In this document: positions 9,381 through 21,341 of the stretch, piece by piece
Position numbering within the stretch: the first letter of the stretch is position 1
Layout: every line of letters begins with the position of its first letter
NCBI GenBank assembly: GCA_963713865.1
Contig: OY970208.1
Coordinates: 2,624,001-2,688,000, forward strand
Length of the DNA: 64,000 nucleotides
Direction of reading: 5' to 3'
Origin: an uncultured candidate division Zixibacteria bacterium
Lineage (GTDB): Bacteria > Zixibacteria > MSB-5A5 > RBG-16-43-9
Translations under genes and position numbers: made by a program
Notes under the pieces: model-generated
What the model saw: only the letters and a program-made list of their open reading frames with translations
Database searches by the model: none
What the model was told of the DNA's origin: nothing

Positions 9381-12300
9381 TTAACAAGGACAGTTCACGC
9401 ATGGTATGGGACCACCCTTGAAAAGGTAGTTAATGAGGTAGATAACATCCGCAACATTCACCTTGCCATCGCAGTTAACATCGCTATTCTTTAGTGGAGC
9501 TGGGCCTCCTTTGTAGAGATAATTAATCAAGTAGATGACGTCGTCGACCAAAACTTTATCATCTCCATTAGCATCTCCACACCTATCCACTAAACGAGCC
9601 CAGTTCGGGTCCCCAAACAGACCAGGATTCCGGATCCCTAATGCTTTATGAGCCGGGTCAACAAACGGTGAGTTCAGAAGGAAGCGATTCTTATCAATCG
9701 GTGCAGGCCCGCCATGATTGACAAAGTTATCTATATAATCCACGTCAGCTTGGTTAACGATACCATCGCAGTTAACGTCTCCCTGATCTGCAAATTCTAT
9801 TGGTGGCGGCCCGCCTGCGTTTACATAAGCGTTCAAGATCGCTTTGTCTGTCGCATCGCACCTGCCATCCTGGTTCACATCACCACGGTAGAACCCTTCC
9901 TGGTGCAGTAACTTATAGAGGAAGCATTTCCAGGCTCCGTAGGAGAATTCATTCTTTTTATTTATTGGGTTACCATAACCCCACTTGAGATACTTCTCCA
10001 TCCGCATCGCACCAGGGGCAAGGGTATAGTTGGTGTCAACCAGTATAATCGATCTATCCTGTGGAATTGAGTCATTATCAATTCCCCAACCAAGGTTCTC
10101 CATCCAGTAGAACAGTGAATCCATATACTGCCCATCGTAAACCCTGTCTGCCTGGCTGAAAGCCCAACCGGTAATAACCTTTCCACCCGGACCCGGTATC
10201 AAGGGCTTCTTGGTCATTCCGAAGACCTCAGTTGGACCATTCACATCCCACATCCAGATCGAGTTATGCTGTTGATCAAAATCAGCTAAATCTGCAGTTC
10301 CACCAGTGGAGATATCAAGATCCAGCCACATACCATCCTTCAAGCCTTCGATAGCAACGGCACCTTTGTTTTTGATGACGAATACATCCTCTATCGCATA
10401 CTCACAGTCCTTTGTTCCGCCTTCTGGTATCCAGACTCCAAAGGCATACTTGGTGATCTCAAGAGGAAGAATAGGATGAGCAAACTTGGTGGTAAGCTGT
10501 TTAATCAGATAATTACCTGCTGAACCAGTCACCACGAAGCTATTTGTGTCTGGACGTCCTAATGGTTTAAAGGTATGAAGTGGAGCGTAGTCTCCATAAT
10601 CGCAAGTCAGATTGTCCTGAGAGTTGCCCTTGATAAAGGTTCCATAATAGAGCCCACTCTGTAGTCCTGCTCCAAAGTCAACGTAGAATTTTTCGATTCC
10701 GCCCTGGTTATTCTCGACTTCTCTGGCTTTGGAAGCATCGACTGTGTCACTCATCTTGTAAGGACCAGGAGAAACCACTATCGCCTGCTCTACCTCAACA
10801 TAAACTGGCAGAGTTGGATTGTAAGGTCCGGTGTTGGGTAAAGGTCCGGCGTTCTGACCCTGGAAATCTGGCCAGGGTAAGTAATAATCCGGAATCCACA
10901 CGATTCCTCCCGGACTGATTGAGGGCCAGGCTACAAAATACTTGCCATAACCTTCGGGAGTAGTAGCCGGGTCGCTTAAGGCAAAAGCGTAATTGGTGTA
11001 ATCCACACCAGCTAAAGTGACAAAATGACCACCAAACCTGTTCCAAACTCCCAGAGATATTCCTGCCAGAAACCTAAGAGCAGAACCACATCCTCACAGA
11101 TTCTCAGCTGATACTGCAGATACCAGAATTCAGGTGCATAGACTGTGGTCTCTGTGAACCACCAGCCACCATGAGCTTTGATTACACCAATGAGAGCCGC
11201 CTCTAAAGCATCGCAGTTAGTCCCAAGAATCGGGTCTGTGCCAGCCGAGTCTGCTACTTCATTGACCAGCGCAATCTCCATCCCTGGATCACAACCACCC
11301 CAGGAAGGTGGAAATTGACTGTCAACGCATGCAAACCACCAGATTGAGTTAGCACCTGCGACTGGGCCGCAATATGCCATCCCATTATTAGGGAAGGCAC
11401 CCTGATATTGATAGAAATCAGGCAGACCTACCTTGTAATAATAGTCATCTGGTAGAATTGGGCAGGCGTTCTCTGGCCTGTTATAACCCTGAGTCCTGAC
11501 CCTTATCGCTCCAGAACATATCCCGTTTTCCACTACGTCAAACCAGCCGTAGGGTAGACCATATTCAGCGTAAGGACCCCAATAGCTCTGTTCCAGCCTG
11601 CCTGTAATATCGAATATCCAGGATTGATAATCGGGTATAGCGTTTCCATCTGGACAATAAGCTGGATCCAAACGGTCATCTGTATTCATGTAAGTAATCA
11701 CCGCAAACCAGCGATCATAAAGACAGACATCAGCACCTAAGCTAAAATATTTGGTCCAAGTGCCACCAGGAGCTTGAAATGTATACTCTGGTCCAATCCA
11801 TATCGGTTCATCAGGATAAGGAGAATGGTCTATATAGGCTGCGCTCCAGATCTCCGGCCGGAAAACCACGGTACAGGTATCAGAGGTGTTAAGTGCCATC
11901 GCCACCTGAGTTGCATTAAAAGGATAGATCGGGTATGGACACACAGCTATACCATAGCCGTTATTGTCAGGGTCCATAAAGGTAGCAGTCGATACCGCAC
12001 CATAGCACCTTAAGTAGGGATTATCAGGAGTGCTTCTATAGCAGCAAGGTAACTGCTGATTGCCTATGGTGCAAAAGGTTAAAGGCTCCTTTTCTAATGC
12101 CTCAAAATCCTCAACTGGCACATTTTCTAACTTTCTCTGTTCCAGCATCTCCCGAGTTATCCCCTTCTTTTCTAACATCAGCTTCTGGAAATCCTCTACC
12201 GTCGGCTTAGTTGGCTTTGCCTTCGGCAATACTACCGCTGGAAATGCCTCCGGTCCTGGCTCAGCTTTCTGAATCTGGGTCGGCTGTTTGGCAGGTTCTT

Positions 12301-12385
12301 CCTGCTTTGCCTTACCAAAAACCAGGACTGACCAAACTGTAAAAGCTAAAAGAACTAATAAGATTACTAAAATACTTTTCTTCAT
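9381..12385 (-). CDS. Secreted papain-like (C39/C10-like) cysteine peptidase with two dockerin domains; one gene split by a 1-nt deletion near 11055
   Basis: Signal peptide; YCGPVAGANSIWW (Cys); changing frame at ~11055 gives WNRFGGHFVTLAGVD...LSDP (His, Asp) running into the 9381..11006 ORF; two dockerin domains (GDVNQDG/GDVNCDG and GDANGDD/SDVNCDG). Confidence 0.72.
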
Positions 12386-13166
12386 TTGAAATCCTCCTTA
12401 GTCAACTTCTAAATTGTAAAAAAAGTCAAGTTAACCATCTTTAAATCCGTTAAATCACCTCCTTCTTTCTACCCTTCTCACCTCTAAAATTTTAAAAAAC
12501 AATTAGAGTTAGCTGAAAACCGTGGCTGTAAGGTGGGATTGTTTCCAGCTAACTTTGGTGAAAAGGGTGCAAAAATTCCCTTTTACCAATTCTGTGAGAT
12601 CAAAATTGGTGTGACTTTATATGAGGTAAAACCAACCACTCCCCCGCCAACGGCGGGGGACGACTATTCTTTTTTTAACTTTATTTTAATTTATCGGGGG
12701 AAGAAAAACTCGATACACCCACCAAAGCCCGAAGGGAGATTTTATTCTCTCCCTTTCCTTCTCCAGTCCATTAGAGTAATTTTCCCTTTACGGTATTTAT
12801 ATAATATATCATAATAAATTTGTCAAGTAAAAAATTTAGAATTTTAAATATATTTATTTCCTGGTATCCTGATTATAGTCTATAATCAATGTGTTTTAAA
12901 GGTCTAAGTTATTATATATTAATAAGTTTAGTTCATTTTCCAGGGTAAATATGAGGTATTTACCTGTCTTTTGGATAACTAATCACAATACTCCATTTAC
13001 CCTCATTACGAGCTAATTATAAATCTTATTTCTTGTTCTCCTGATTGAAAAAATGAGAAATCTGCAGTGCAATCATTTCAGGCCCGCTAAAAATGATTAT
13101 GAAAAAAACTGTAAACAAAAAAGCCCCCGCCAGATGCGAGGGCTTTTTCCAATATGAGGAATGAGG

Positions 13167-13340
13167 TTATTTGTCAACATAGTGCAGATTTAGGGGTTCT
13201 GTAGATTTTGGTTTATCAATCAGAGGTTTTGCCATAACTGGATTTGAAGACTCAGAGGAAAGTGCAATTGGAGCTGGCCCATCTTTAAATTGAAGTAAAT
13301 TAAATAAACTATGTCGCTTATGGTTACATTTTCCGATATC
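13167..13340 (-). pseudogene. Degenerate dockerin half-domain remnant
   Basis: Minus strand reads ENVTISDIVYLI, then after a 1-nt gap FKDGPAP, matching VTVSDVIYLINYLFKGGP of neighbouring dockerins; no start codon. Confidence 0.5.
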
Positions 13341-13422
13341 TTAGATTTTAGAAAATGATTTTATCCCAAAAGGAACAGGAGAAAATAAATTTTTACTTAT
13401 TTATTTAATATAAATATCAGTT

Positions 13423-16116
13423 TTACCTTACCAGCGTCATCTTCTTTGTTTGAGTAAGTTCTTTAGTCTTAATCACATAGAAGTAAATTCCGCTACCAAC
13501 ATCTTTAGCTTCTTCATTTTTCCCATCCCATATAACCTGATAACTGCCTGATAATTTGTCCTCATCCACCAAAGTCTTCACCTTCTGTCCCAGTAGATTA
13601 TAGATGGTCAAGGTGGTGTGGATGGGCCCCTTGAACGTTGAACCTTGAGCCTTTAAACAGAAGGGTATGGTGGTTGCGGGGTTAAACGGATTTGGATAGT
13701 TCTGAAGTAATATATATTGAGGTTTATTCAATAGTTCCTCGTCAGAAACAAATGTAGGTTCAAAACTTATTACTTTACAGAAGATATCGAAACCAGAACC
13801 TGAATCTCTATTATCCCCCCAGGCAAAGTAATAATTCTTATCGTCCGTTGCTACAACAGGAGATTGTTGAATGTTATCTCCCTGATCATTATTGACTCTG
13901 AAATTTCCACCTAAGGGATTACCTTCTGCATCAAATCTCTGGGCATAGATATCCGGATTACCATTTCGGTTATCCGTCCAGGTAACCAAGAATTCACCAG
14001 AGGGTTTTACAGCTAAAGAGAATCCGTTGAACTTAGGCACTTGAGGATATATTGCTTTGATAATCGGGCCTATCTTCGAACCATCTGCCTTGAACCTCTG
14101 AATGAATATGTTACCTGATGCAAGCCAGCTTACCACAAAATTACCGTTTTCGTCCGCCCCTACGTCCGGGAACTGGTTATACCTGCAAACAGCGCTATCG
14201 CTTATCTCAAAATTCACTCCAATCCTTTCTCCAGATTGATTATACAACTGCCCCCAGATTTCAACATCACTCTTGGTCTTATAAGAATTTTGCCAGACTA
14301 TCACAAAGCTACCATTTGCTGATTTAGCCACTTTAGGATGATCACTAGATTGGGCTGTATCTAAAAAACTATTTGCTATAAAATTAGTTCCGACTTTTTC
14401 ACCTTGGGGAGTGTAAAGCTGAGCGAAAATAAGCTGATCCAAAGATCCTATCATCTGAGCCCATACAACCACGAAACTTCCCCTATGATCGATTACCACA
14501 TCAGACTCAGTTGCCCAATATGGTAAAGGACTTTCATTTACTAGGATATTCTCTCCCAAACCGTTTCCGTCAGAATCATATCTCTGAAAATAAATACCAT
14601 AATCACTAAAGAAAGTAATAACAGAATTCCCTGAGCTATCCATTGCAACTGAAGATAAGAAACCTGAACTTTTTTCTTCCCTTTCATGATTTACTTGAAA
14701 ATTAGAACCCAAGAATTCTCCAGAGGAAGAAAATCTCTGCGCGAAAATATCAGTATCACAAAATCTCAAATCATCCCAAGAAATGATAAAATGATCTGAC
14801 AGGGAAGCCGCTATAGCTGGATTTCTCTGCGAAGAGCTCCCTTTATCATCGTTAACCTTGAAGCTCTCCTTCACTATCTCACCCTTCTGGTTCAAGATCA
14901 TCGCAAAGATATCAACATCATTACTACATTTATAACCATCCCAAGCTAAAGACAGAGACCCTGAAGGTGTCTTTGAAACGCCAAAAAAGAATGGACGATA
15001 ACGTGCCAAATCAGCTACTTTGAGGTTACCACCTTCAGGCTCGCCTGATTGATTGTAATACTGAAGATAAATATTTACCCCTCTATCCCTTGAATCTAAC
15101 CAAGCGATAGCGAATTTTTTAGAGAGATTCATAACTGCTTTAGGAAATTGTTTAAAAAATTTTCCTGTGACTTCATTCACTCTAAAATTAGACCCTAAAG
15201 CTTCTCCTTTGAAATTATACCTCTGAGCATAAATATCTTGAGATTCGGTTCTTTTCTCCATCCAGGTTATAACGAAATTACCTGGTGCGTCCATTGCCAC
15301 ATCAGGATTATTGAGAAAGAGAATGCTATCACTATCATTAACTTTAAACTCGGAACCTAAAATCTCATTTTTATGATTAAACCTTACAGTATGAATTTCC
15401 AGATTAAGGCTATCTGTTTCTTGATAATATATCTGTGCTATCCAGGTTGCCACGAAATCGCCCTTTGGATTAATTGCTATCGCCGGGATAGTTGTGCCAA
15501 ACTTTCTACCTGTTTGGACAGATGCAATCTTAAAATTATTTCCTGTTTTCTCGCCTGAAGAGGAATATCTTTGTCCATAAAGCGAGTAGAGTCCCTCTCT
15601 ATTATCAAACCAGGCAACAACGAATTCCCCTGAGGGGTTCATTGCTACAGCAGGGCCAAATTGATCCCCACCCAAGTTATCATTCACTTTAAAATTGTGC
15701 CCTATCGGGGTGCCGGCAGCATCGTACCTTTGAGCATAAATATCTGAACCCATGTTCCTGTTATCCTGCCAGACCACCACAAAATCTCCATCCGCATCCA
15801 TAGCTACTCCAAGGTTATATCCGATATATTTACCTGTCCCCTGAGCATCATTCACCTTAAAGTTCTCTCCCAAAGTATTTCCTGAACAATCAAACCTCTG
15901 TCCATAGATATCCATACCTCCATTTCTTTCATCTACCCATACAACCACGAAATTACCCTCGTGGTCCATAGCTATTGCAGGCATCCTCTGGTTCGAGCCA
16001 CCGACATCGGAATCATCATTCACCCTGAAATCATCCTTCACTATAGTCTGGGCAAAAACAGAGCTGATTAAAACAAAGAAGAGAATAATCCCTAAAGCCA
16101 AAATTTTATTGAACAT
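13423..16116 (-). CDS. Secreted repeat protein with T9SS type-A-like C-terminal sorting domain
   Basis: Signal peptide; about a dozen PxVAMxxxGxFVVxWxD...IYAQR(F/Y)...GxNFxVN repeats; QNYPNPFNP...IYNLLGQ...WDG...SGIYF...KKMTLVR. Confidence 0.8.
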   Translation of the reverse strand: MFNKILALGIILFFVLISSVFAQTIVKDDFRVNDDSDVGGSNQRMPAIAMDHEGNFVVVWVDERNGGMDIYGQRFDCSGNTLGENFKVNDAQGTGKYIGYNLGVAMDADGDFVVVWQDNRNMGSDIYAQRYDAAGTPIGHNFKVNDNLGGDQFGPAVAMNPSGEFVVAWFDNREGLYSLYGQRYSSSGEKTGNNFKIASVQTGRKFGTTIPAIAINPKGDFVATWIAQIYYQETDSLNLEIHTVRFNHKNEILGSEFKVNDSDSILFLNNPDVAMDAPGNFVITWMEKRTESQDIYAQRYNFKGEALGSNFRVNEVTGKFFKQFPKAVMNLSKKFAIAWLDSRDRGVNIYLQYYNQSGEPEGGNLKVADLARYRPFFFGVSKTPSGSLSLAWDGYKCSNDVDIFAMILNQKGEIVKESFKVNDDKGSSSQRNPAIAASLSDHFIISWDDLRFCDTDIFAQRFSSSGEFLGSNFQVNHEREEKSSGFLSSVAMDSSGNSVITFFSDYGIYFQRYDSDGNGLGENILVNESPLPYWATESDVVIDHRGSFVVVWAQMIGSLDQLIFAQLYTPQGEKVGTNFIANSFLDTAQSSDHPKVAKSANGSFVIVWQNSYKTKSDVEIWGQLYNQSGERIGVNFEISDSAVCRYNQFPDVGADENGNFVVSWLASGNIFIQRFKADGSKIGPIIKAIYPQVPKFNGFSLAVKPSGEFLVTWTDNRNGNPDIYAQRFDAEGNPLGGNFRVNNDQGDNIQQSPVVATDDKNYYFAWGDNRDSGSGFDIFCKVISFEPTFVSDEELLNKPQYILLQNYPNPFNPATTIPFCLKAQGSTFKGPIHTTLTIYNLLGQKVKTLVDEDKLSGSYQVIWDGKNEEAKDVGSGIYFYVIKTKELTQTKKMTLVR

Positions 16117-16294
16117 AGAGCCTCCATTTCTTATTTAAGAAATATTTTTACCTCCCCCTCTTATCTACTATAAATATATTACGAATTATAGAAAAAGCAA
16201 TATATTTCTTCACAAAAATAGGCAGGGGCAGGTTTAAAACCTGCCCCTGCAACAAACTCCAGCACCGATCCGCCTCAAGCGGACAAACTGTATT

Positions 16295-18974
16295 CTAACA
16301 GGCTGGTTTTGGTCCACCCTTGAATAGGTAATTTATCAAATAGATAACATCGCTAACCGTTACTTTACCATCACAATTTACATCCCCGGTAGAAAGCGGC
16401 ACAGGAGCAGAACCTCCTTTGAAAAGATAGTTTATCAGGTAAACAACATCTGTGACATTAACCACTTTATCCCCATTAGCATCCCCGGGCAGATACATCC
16501 CAACCATTGCCCTGGCTTTACTCACGCTCGCCTTCAGGGAATCAAGACTTGTCCTGGTGGAAACCAATGCAAAATCAAGTTTAACTGAATCACCTGGGTT
16601 AAGATCTATCATTTTGGCGGTGAGAATTGAGTTCAAATCTTTGTTAGAACCTTCAATAAAATAACCCGGAGTTGAGGTGAATTGATAAAGTTCACCAGTC
16701 ATAAAATCGTGAGTGGTGGGATAAATATGTAAGTCGTTCCTTATCGCCTTAGCGCCATACAAAGCATCATAGGAAAGATAGGCTATCCCTGCATACCTCT
16801 GATTGGCTGTGCCTTGCTGCCATAACAGATTCAGAGAGGAATCATATCCTGCATAATTATCGTTCCAGTTCGTAACATCCCAGTCTATAACCATTCCCAA
16901 GTATAGGTTTTTAATCGTATCTAGAGTCAGGTTAGTAACCAAATATTTATAAATCATCAGCTCAGAGGAATCTGGATGAGAGGGTGCTAAGACCTCAGCT
17001 TTTATCTTGAGGTTACATCCCAGATCAGCTGAGCTGAAATCACCTTTCTGCCAGTGTGGATTTGAGGTATCGATATTCAGGGTCGAAGAGGCTCCAAAGG
17101 AATGAGTTTGGTATATATCACGGTAGACGATTGTATCTGAGGGGTTTTTCAGGTAAGCTAAGAATAAAGATCCATCAAATAGGCAATCGTCCCACTCGTC
17201 TAAATATCTCCAGCCACAACCCTCTTCTCGTCCATACCCATTGATGTTAGTTACATTGGTGATATCACTTCTTATCCTACCGGTGTAAATTGAGCTCACC
17301 TGTTTAGTAGGACCGTTCATTAAGGTAACCGGAACTATTATGCTGTCGCAATCTACTCCATTATTCACATAGAAAATAATAGCACCATTAACCGATGAGC
17401 CCACACACTGGCTGGGAAGCAAAGTAGCATCTAAGACTACCCGATGGTCAAAATAGTCGCCGGGTGAAACCTCCCCGCTCGGTGGATCAACCCTTAACCA
17501 GTTACCCACTGGATAAACGGTTGTCCTAGTTTTTAGACCATACCAATTATGTACCTCTTTATTAATCTTTCCACCTGATATATCTTTAATGTTACTTACT
17601 TCAGATGAAATTTCAAAGCTGTTCGGGTCTGATACAGTCCAGCTCAAATTACCTGAGGTTTGATGCCCGATAATTCTCAGATTTAGGACTAAGCTGTCAC
17701 CTGCAACCAGAAAAGTATCGATGAAATTAGGTTGGGACTCAAAAAAACGATAGGGATGATTATAAAGTTCACCTGCCTTTTTGGCCATATATATATTCGG
17801 TCCTAAATTCTCCTGACATAAAGGCAAAATCCGCTCAGACGGAGGCCAGAAACCATCAGCATCACCTCCTACCTCCGGTGTAAATGAGATTATCTTGTTC
17901 TTACCTGACCAATCACCATAATCCCAATCATCTATATCCCCATTAGTAGAATACAAAGTTACCCAGCCGGGAGCTGAGATAAATCCATTATAAGCACTCA
18001 TACTATCCCCGATCTCTTTAAAAATCCAGTAATCCTCTGGATATTCAGTTTCATATCCCCATGGATAGATTAATAGATTGCTGTAAGAATGATAATTAAG
18101 GGCAGTTACAAAATCGTGGGCCTTTATAAAATCTCTTAACGCTTGTATCTCCGGCTCGGAAAAAGGACCTGCTCCTCTATAAGTTTCAGAGCTGGTATAA
18201 GGTGAAGAGCCCTCATTATCATACCCCCACATATAACCGAAATTGCGGTTCAAATCAATCCCGTAAGTTCCATCTCCGTTATTCCTTCTGTTCTTTCTCC
18301 ACATCCCTCCGCCAGAAGGATTTGTAGTTTGATTGCGAACATACCCGTCCGGATTGATTACCGGGACGAACCAGAGCTCACGGTTATTTACAATGTCTGT
18401 TACCTCGGGATCAGTTCCATAATTATCAGTCAGGTATCTCATAAAGTAGAGTAAAATTTCAATGGTAATAGGTTCCCTCGCATGGATCAAACCGCTGTAA
18501 AATGCCTCCGGCTCTTCTTCATCTATGTTCTGGATTATCTGAGATCTTCATTGCCCAGATGGTCCTGCCCTCGATAGTAGTTCCAATATTTATTTTAGCT
18601 GTAGTGATGGAAGGATGTTCGTTGTGAATCGAATCTAAAGCTGAATTCGTCTCATCATAAGTATGATACCCTCCCATAGATAAATTCGGGTCTAATCTGC
18701 TTCCATAGAACTCCTCCAAATCAGGATGAATTACTTCAGTTTTAAATCCGAGTAGCTGTAATTTACTCACCTCTTCAGAGTTTGTGACTATATCTATATA
18801 TTCACCCGGCTTAACCTGAGCTATATCCAAATTCAGCTTTTTTGCTTGTAGGTATTCAGCCTGAGTAGAAAGATAGAGCCTGACCTGCATATATTGCTCT
18901 TTTGCTGACCCTGAGTTGAATATAAATAAAACCAGTAGAACCCCCAATCCCAATCTGAAAAATTGTCTTAACAT
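16295..18974 (-). CDS. M14 zinc carboxypeptidase (carboxypeptidase T-like) with C-terminal dockerin; one gene split by a 1-nt insertion at ~18529
   Basis: Signal peptide; GTTIEGRTIWAMKISDNP joins DEEEPEAFYSGLIHARE after correction; NPDG, WRKNR, DLNRNF, YHSYS, FTPEVG; dockerin GDANGD/GDVNCDG. Confidence 0.88.
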
Positions 18975-19254
18975 AATACTCCTTTTGTTAGAAAATTTAG
19001 CGGAGGTCTTCAGACCTCCATTGATATTTCAGCAGATAAATCCCTTTTAATTTAGAACAAAGAACAATAATTATCCCCCACTCTGTATTATGATACATCA
19101 AAATCGAATTTTGTCAATAGGTAAAAATCGGACTTCTGCAGAGATCAATCTTAAACCAAGGTCATTCGCAAGCTATATGCATCTTTTGAAATTACAAAAT
19201 TGAAAAGGTGGAATCCGGCTGAGCAGATCCTGTCCCTGAAGTATAAGGAATATA

Positions 19255-19288
19255 AAAAGCCCCGGCTCTTTTTTTAGAACCGGGGCTT
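19255..19288 (-). terminator. Rho-independent terminator
   Basis: aagccccgg...ccggggctt stem next to an A/T run, downstream of the perR-small ORF unit. Confidence 0.55.
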
Positions 19289-19313
19289 CCCCTACGCTGT
19301 CAAACCGTTAACT

Positions 19314-19487
19314 CTATTCCTCTACTGTATTCTTCTCCTCACGTATATCCAGGATTTCCAATTCTTCCTTAAGGATCTTATTCGCTATCTTGATAAACCG
19401 TTCTAAGGCCAATTTCTGCAGGTTGTAGGGATGCCAGCAAGGCTTCTCTGAGATCAGCTCGATCTCTTTCTTCTTGGATTTGGACAT
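19314..19487 (-). CDS. Small hypothetical protein (57 aa)
   Basis: GAGGGGAAGG before ATG at 19487; followed by terminator hairpin. Confidence 0.45.
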   Translation of the reverse strand: MSKSKKKEIELISEKPCWHPYNLQKLALERFIKIANKILKEELEILDIREEKNTVEE

Positions 19488-19555
19488 CCTTCCCCTCAAG
19501 CCTGAAATTGTAACAATCAATAATAATAACCATTATTATATACGAAGGAAAATTT

Positions 19556-19954
19556 TTATTGGTTAAATTTTAGACAATTTAAACACCGCCCGTGAAATTC
19601 CACCTCGATCTCTTCCACTTTAAACTTTTCCTTTTTTTCTACCTTGACCTTCAGGTTCTTCCCTAGATCGATAAAAAGGTCATATATCTTCCCGCATTTT
19701 TTGCAGATGAAATGCTGGTGTGTAGAGGTGTTGCCGTCGAAATGTTCAAAAGGAGTGCCAAAGTTATACTTTTTTATTTTACCCTTTAGCTGCAGCTGGT
19801 TTAAGTTACGATAGACTGTGCCCAGGCTTATCCTGGGTATTTTTTTCTTGGTTTGAAAATAAACCCATTCCGCAGTTGGATGGAGGTTTGTCCCTTTCAA
19901 AATTCTCAGGACCTCTTCCCTCTGCCGGCTATATCTTTTGAAATCTTCTTCCAT
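19556..19954 (-). CDS. Fur/PerR family transcriptional repressor
   Basis: HPTAEWVY, ISLGTVYRNL, HQHFICKKCG, GRCLNC. Confidence 0.92.
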   Translation of the reverse strand: MEEDFKRYSRQREEVLRILKGTNLHPTAEWVYFQTKKKIPRISLGTVYRNLNQLQLKGKIKKYNFGTPFEHFDGNTSTHQHFICKKCGKIYDLFIDLGKNLKVKVEKKEKFKVEEIEVEFHGRCLNCLKFNQ

Positions 19955-20553
19955 TATTTTTTATATAAAGATTTTACCTGAATGAACTCCTCGATACCGG
20001 GCGGAACCAAATATCGGATCGATTTCCCGGCTCTGACCTTCTCCCTTATCTGGGTAGAAGAGATATCCAGTCCATTTATCGGGACGGAAAGGCTTTTTTG
20101 AGCAAATTTATTCTTCTGGTCAATCTTGTCAAGTCCGGGTCTTAAAGCGATTACGACTTTTACCTCTTGGAATATCTTGTCCGGCTCTTTCCAGCTCTCA
20201 ATTTCATCTAAAACATCCGAACCCAAAAGAAGGAAAAGCTCTGAGCTGGGATAAAGCTTTTTAAATTCATTTAGAGTATCGACGGTATAGGACTTCCCTT
20301 CCCTTTTCAGCTCAAGGTCAGAAAGGATGAAAAAAGGATTGTCTTTGATGGCTATCTGGGTCATCCTCAGGCGGTCTTCAGCTGAAGAGACCAAAGAATT
20401 CTTCTTATGCGGAGGATTAGCTGAAGGGACGAAGATTACCTTTTTTAAATCCAGCCCCTCTCTCAACTGCTCCGCTAAGATCAGATGACCTGAGTGGATT
20501 GGATCGAAGGTTCCTCCTAAAATTCCCAATCTATCTTTTTTATCTTTTTGCAT
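19954..20553 (-). CDS. nadD: Nicotinate-nucleotide adenylyltransferase
   Basis: GGTFDPIHSGH, SYTVDTL, ISSTQIR. Confidence 0.96.
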   Translation of the reverse strand: MQKDKKDRLGILGGTFDPIHSGHLILAEQLREGLDLKKVIFVPSANPPHKKNSLVSSAEDRLRMTQIAIKDNPFFILSDLELKREGKSYTVDTLNEFKKLYPSSELFLLLGSDVLDEIESWKEPDKIFQEVKVVIALRPGLDKIDQKNKFAQKSLSVPINGLDISSTQIREKVRAGKSIRYLVPPGIEEFIQVKSLYKK

Positions 20554-20567
20554 CTTGATTAAACTTT

Positions 20568-21329
20568 TTATTTCTGTGCCTGGACTCTTTCCTTATCCAG
20601 TTTTTTCAACCTGTTTTTAACTTTACCTGTTAATTTATCCCCGGGATACTTCTCTAAAAATTTACGGTACTCCAGCTCAGCCAGATCATATTTTTTCTGC
20701 TGCCAGTAGGTCTCGGCTATAAAGAAACTGGAAGAGGGGGAAAACTTGGTATCAGGGTATTGGTCTAAAACTTCCTGAAGATAAAGTAAAGTTGCCTCAT
20801 AATGCTTCAGCTTATAATAAATGCATCCACTCTTGTAGAATTTCTGAGCTATCTTGGACCGGGCTTCAAATAAAAGCTGTTGTGCTTCCGGGAAATGCTC
20901 GCTTGCCGGATATTCTTCTAAAAAGCTTTCTAATTCTCCAATGGCTTGCAGTGTATTTTTTTGATCCAGCTCAGCCTTAGGCGAATCGTTATAATGGGCA
21001 AAGGCTATCATAAAAGAGGCATCATCTGCCAGGGAGCTGGTGGAGAAAGAGGTAAGTAATTTCTTGAACTCTCCCACTGAAGCCGGATAGTCTTTCTCTT
21101 TGAAATAGCACATTCCGAAAAGGAACTGGGCTGAGTCAATAAAGGCCGCACCCGGATAGTTAAAAATCAATTTCTGAAACTCCAGGACAGCGTCAGAATA
21201 TTTTTTTTTCTCATATTCGCTTTTGGCTAAATTAAACTGTTCTTCCGCACCCAATATCAGACCTACTTTATGACCGGCACAGCCCAGAATTAACAGCAAA
21301 AGTCCGAATAAATACCATCTTCTTATCAT
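20568..21329 (-). CDS. bamD: Outer membrane protein assembly factor BamD
   Basis: Lipobox LILGC; TPR repeats; SPKAELDQKNT. Confidence 0.85.
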   Translation of the reverse strand: MIRRWYLFGLLLLILGCAGHKVGLILGAEEQFNLAKSEYEKKKYSDAVLEFQKLIFNYPGAAFIDSAQFLFGMCYFKEKDYPASVGEFKKLLTSFSTSSLADDASFMIAFAHYNDSPKAELDQKNTLQAIGELESFLEEYPASEHFPEAQQLLFEARSKIAQKFYKSGCIYYKLKHYEATLLYLQEVLDQYPDTKFSPSSSFFIAETYWQQKKYDLAELEYRKFLEKYPGDKLTGKVKNRLKKLDKERVQAQK

Positions 21330-21341
21330 CTTTCTCCCTTG

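Noticed and set aside
12533-12814. 93-aa ORF in the intergenic gap
   Set aside because: No RBS or motifs; overlaps promoter-like and palindromic sequence.
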